Assembly: GCA_965612795.1 (NCBI GenBank)
Contig: CBFDTI010000030.1
Span: forward strand, 1-15,397
Source of the DNA: an uncultured bacterium
Lineage (GTDB): Bacteria; Hydrothermota; UBA3073; NMUJ01
Reading direction: 5' to 3'
Length of the DNA stretch: 15,397 bases
The notes beneath the pieces are model-generated. The model worked only from the letters and a program-made list of their open reading frames with translations. It did not search any database and was not told the DNA's origin. Within the stretch, counting starts at the first letter, position 1. Each line of letters starts with the position of its first letter. Positions 14,324 to 15,397 of the stretch are shown piece after piece. The translations under genes were made by a program, and so were the position numbers.

Positions 14324-14732
14324 GATGCCCAATATTAACAAGGTGCTTATATCTGGGCACCTAACACGCGACCCCGAAGTTAGATATACGCCAGCAGGCC
14401 AAATTGTGTGTCGGTTTGGTATAGCGTCAACACGGCGGTTCAAACCCAAGGATACGGATGAATGGCAAGAACGTACTGCATTCATCACAGTAAATGCATG
14501 GGGCGTACTGGCGGAAAGAATAAGCAAAACATTGAAAAAGGGTGATGCCGTTTACATAGAGGGGGAACTTGAAAGCAGATCATGGGAAACCCCAGAAGGC
14601 CAGAAACGTAGTGTTGTCGAGATAAGGGCATTCAAGTTACAGAACCTGACACGCGCTGAAGCAGTTAGCCTAGAAGGTGAAGAGATAACAACCAACACCA
14701 AAGAAGAACCTGAAGAGGAGTTACCATTTTAA
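14313..14732 (+). CDS. ssb: Single-stranded DNA-binding protein
   Basis: [46 protein letters not shown] and acidic tail EEELPF. SD AAGGAGG at 14303-14309. Confidence 0.96.
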   Translation: MQYRMPNINKVLISGHLTRDPEVRYTPAGQIVCRFGIASTRRFKPKDTDEWQERTAFITVNAWGVLAERISKTLKKGDAVYIEGELESRSWETPEGQKRSVVEIRAFKLQNLTRAEAVSLEGEEITTNTKEEPEEELPF

Positions 14733-14734
14733 AG

Positions 14735-14947
14735 ATGAAGACAAGATCGAGTAAGTGCTACTTCTGTAGGAATAAGATCGAGAAGATAGATCACAAAATG
14801 GTGGATATTCTGAAGAATTTCCTAAGTCCAACGGGAAGGATACTGAACCGAAGAACTACTGGTACATGTAGCAAACATCAGCGTCAGCTATCCCGTGCAA
14901 TCAAACGTGCACGTGAGCTGGCACTACTGCCTTATGTGGTGGATTGA
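14735..14947 (+). CDS. rpsR: 30S ribosomal protein S18 (zinc-binding C+ form)
   Basis: [45 protein letters not shown]. Confidence 0.96.
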   Translation: MKTRSSKCYFCRNKIEKIDHKMVDILKNFLSPTGRILNRRTTGTCSKHQRQLSRAIKRARELALLPYVVD

Positions 14948-14948
14948 T

Positions 14949-15397
14949 ATGGGTAAATCCGTCGAGGTAATACTGTTAAGGGATCACGAAAAATTAGGTA
15001 AAGCTGGTGATATTGTGCGTGTCAAAATGGGTTACGCTAGAAACTACTTGATACCCGAGGGGATAGCAATATTTGATACACCCGAGAACCGCAAATTATT
15101 GGAAGAAAGGATAAGGGCAGAACGCCTGAAGTACGAACGTGAAAAAGTGATCGCAGAAAAGCTAAAGGAACGACTAGAGAGTCGCTCCTTCACCATAACG
15201 AAACCAGTAGGTGAAGAAGGTAAGTTGTTCGGTAGTGTCACACATACTGATATCGCTAACGCATTAAAGGAAGCCGGCTTTAATGTAGATAAACATAACA
15301 TCAAGATCGACGAACCTATTAAAGAGATAGGAGTCTATACGGTTGAAGTTACCCTACACCCAGAAGTTAAAGCAAAGGCAAAAATATGGGTGGTAGA
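14949..15397 (+). CDS. rplI: 50S ribosomal protein L9, 3'-truncated at the window edge (absent from the supplied ORF track)
   Basis: My translation from ATG 14949: MGKSVEVILLRDHEKLGKAGDIVRVKMGYARNYLIPEG...GEEGKLFGSVTHTDIA...EPIKEIGVYTVEVTLHPEVKAKAKIWVV. No stop before 15397. Confidence 0.96.
   Translation, partial: MGKSVEVILLRDHEKLGKAGDIVRVKMGYARNYLIPEGIAIFDTPENRKLLEERIRAERLKYEREKVIAEKLKERLESRSFTITKPVGEEGKLFGSVTHTDIANALKEAGFNVDKHNIKIDEPIKEIGVYTVEVTLHPEVKAKAKIWVV

Noticed and set aside
14297..15304. Minus-strand ORFs 14297-14527 and 15044-15304
   Set aside because: They are antisense to ssb and rplI.
1..15397. tRNA/rRNA genes, CRISPR arrays, IS elements, preQ1 or lysine riboswitches
   Set aside because: Intergenic gaps are all under about 100 nt, with no repeat arrays, cloverleafs or transposase ORFs. 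queF has no leader, and the start of the lysine operon is outside the window.

Overview
A gene-dense bacterial chromosomal window of moderate GC. The FlgD-Ig/T9SS-type C-terminal domains, the 2-oxoacid:ferredoxin oxidoreductase and the SSB N-terminus suggest an anaerobic FCB-superphylum or WOR-3-like candidate lineage (inference only). It contains four blocks. (1) A + strand saccharopine-pathway operon: lysine-2-oxoglutarate reductase (5'-truncated), queF, saccharopine dehydrogenase and an aldehyde dehydrogenase. The queF gene sits between the two halves that are fused in eukaryotic AASS/LKR-SDH, and carries a His->Tyr change in its FHE motif. (2) Two large secreted glycoside-hydrolase-like proteins with FlgD/T9SS tails: one with a discoidin (F5/8C) domain apparently inserted within its catalytic region, and one GxGYxYP-family protein whose signature motifs are rewritten. 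(3) A - strand run of six overlapping genes: hotdog thioesterase, lipA, korA, korB, korC, nfo. It has no delta/ferredoxin subunit, and lipA sits where that subunit is usually found. (4) The rpsF-ssb-rpsR-rplI operon, transcribed divergently across a short intergenic region with two similarly built promoter candidates and a central palindrome. I saw no RNA genes, CRISPR arrays or mobile elements.
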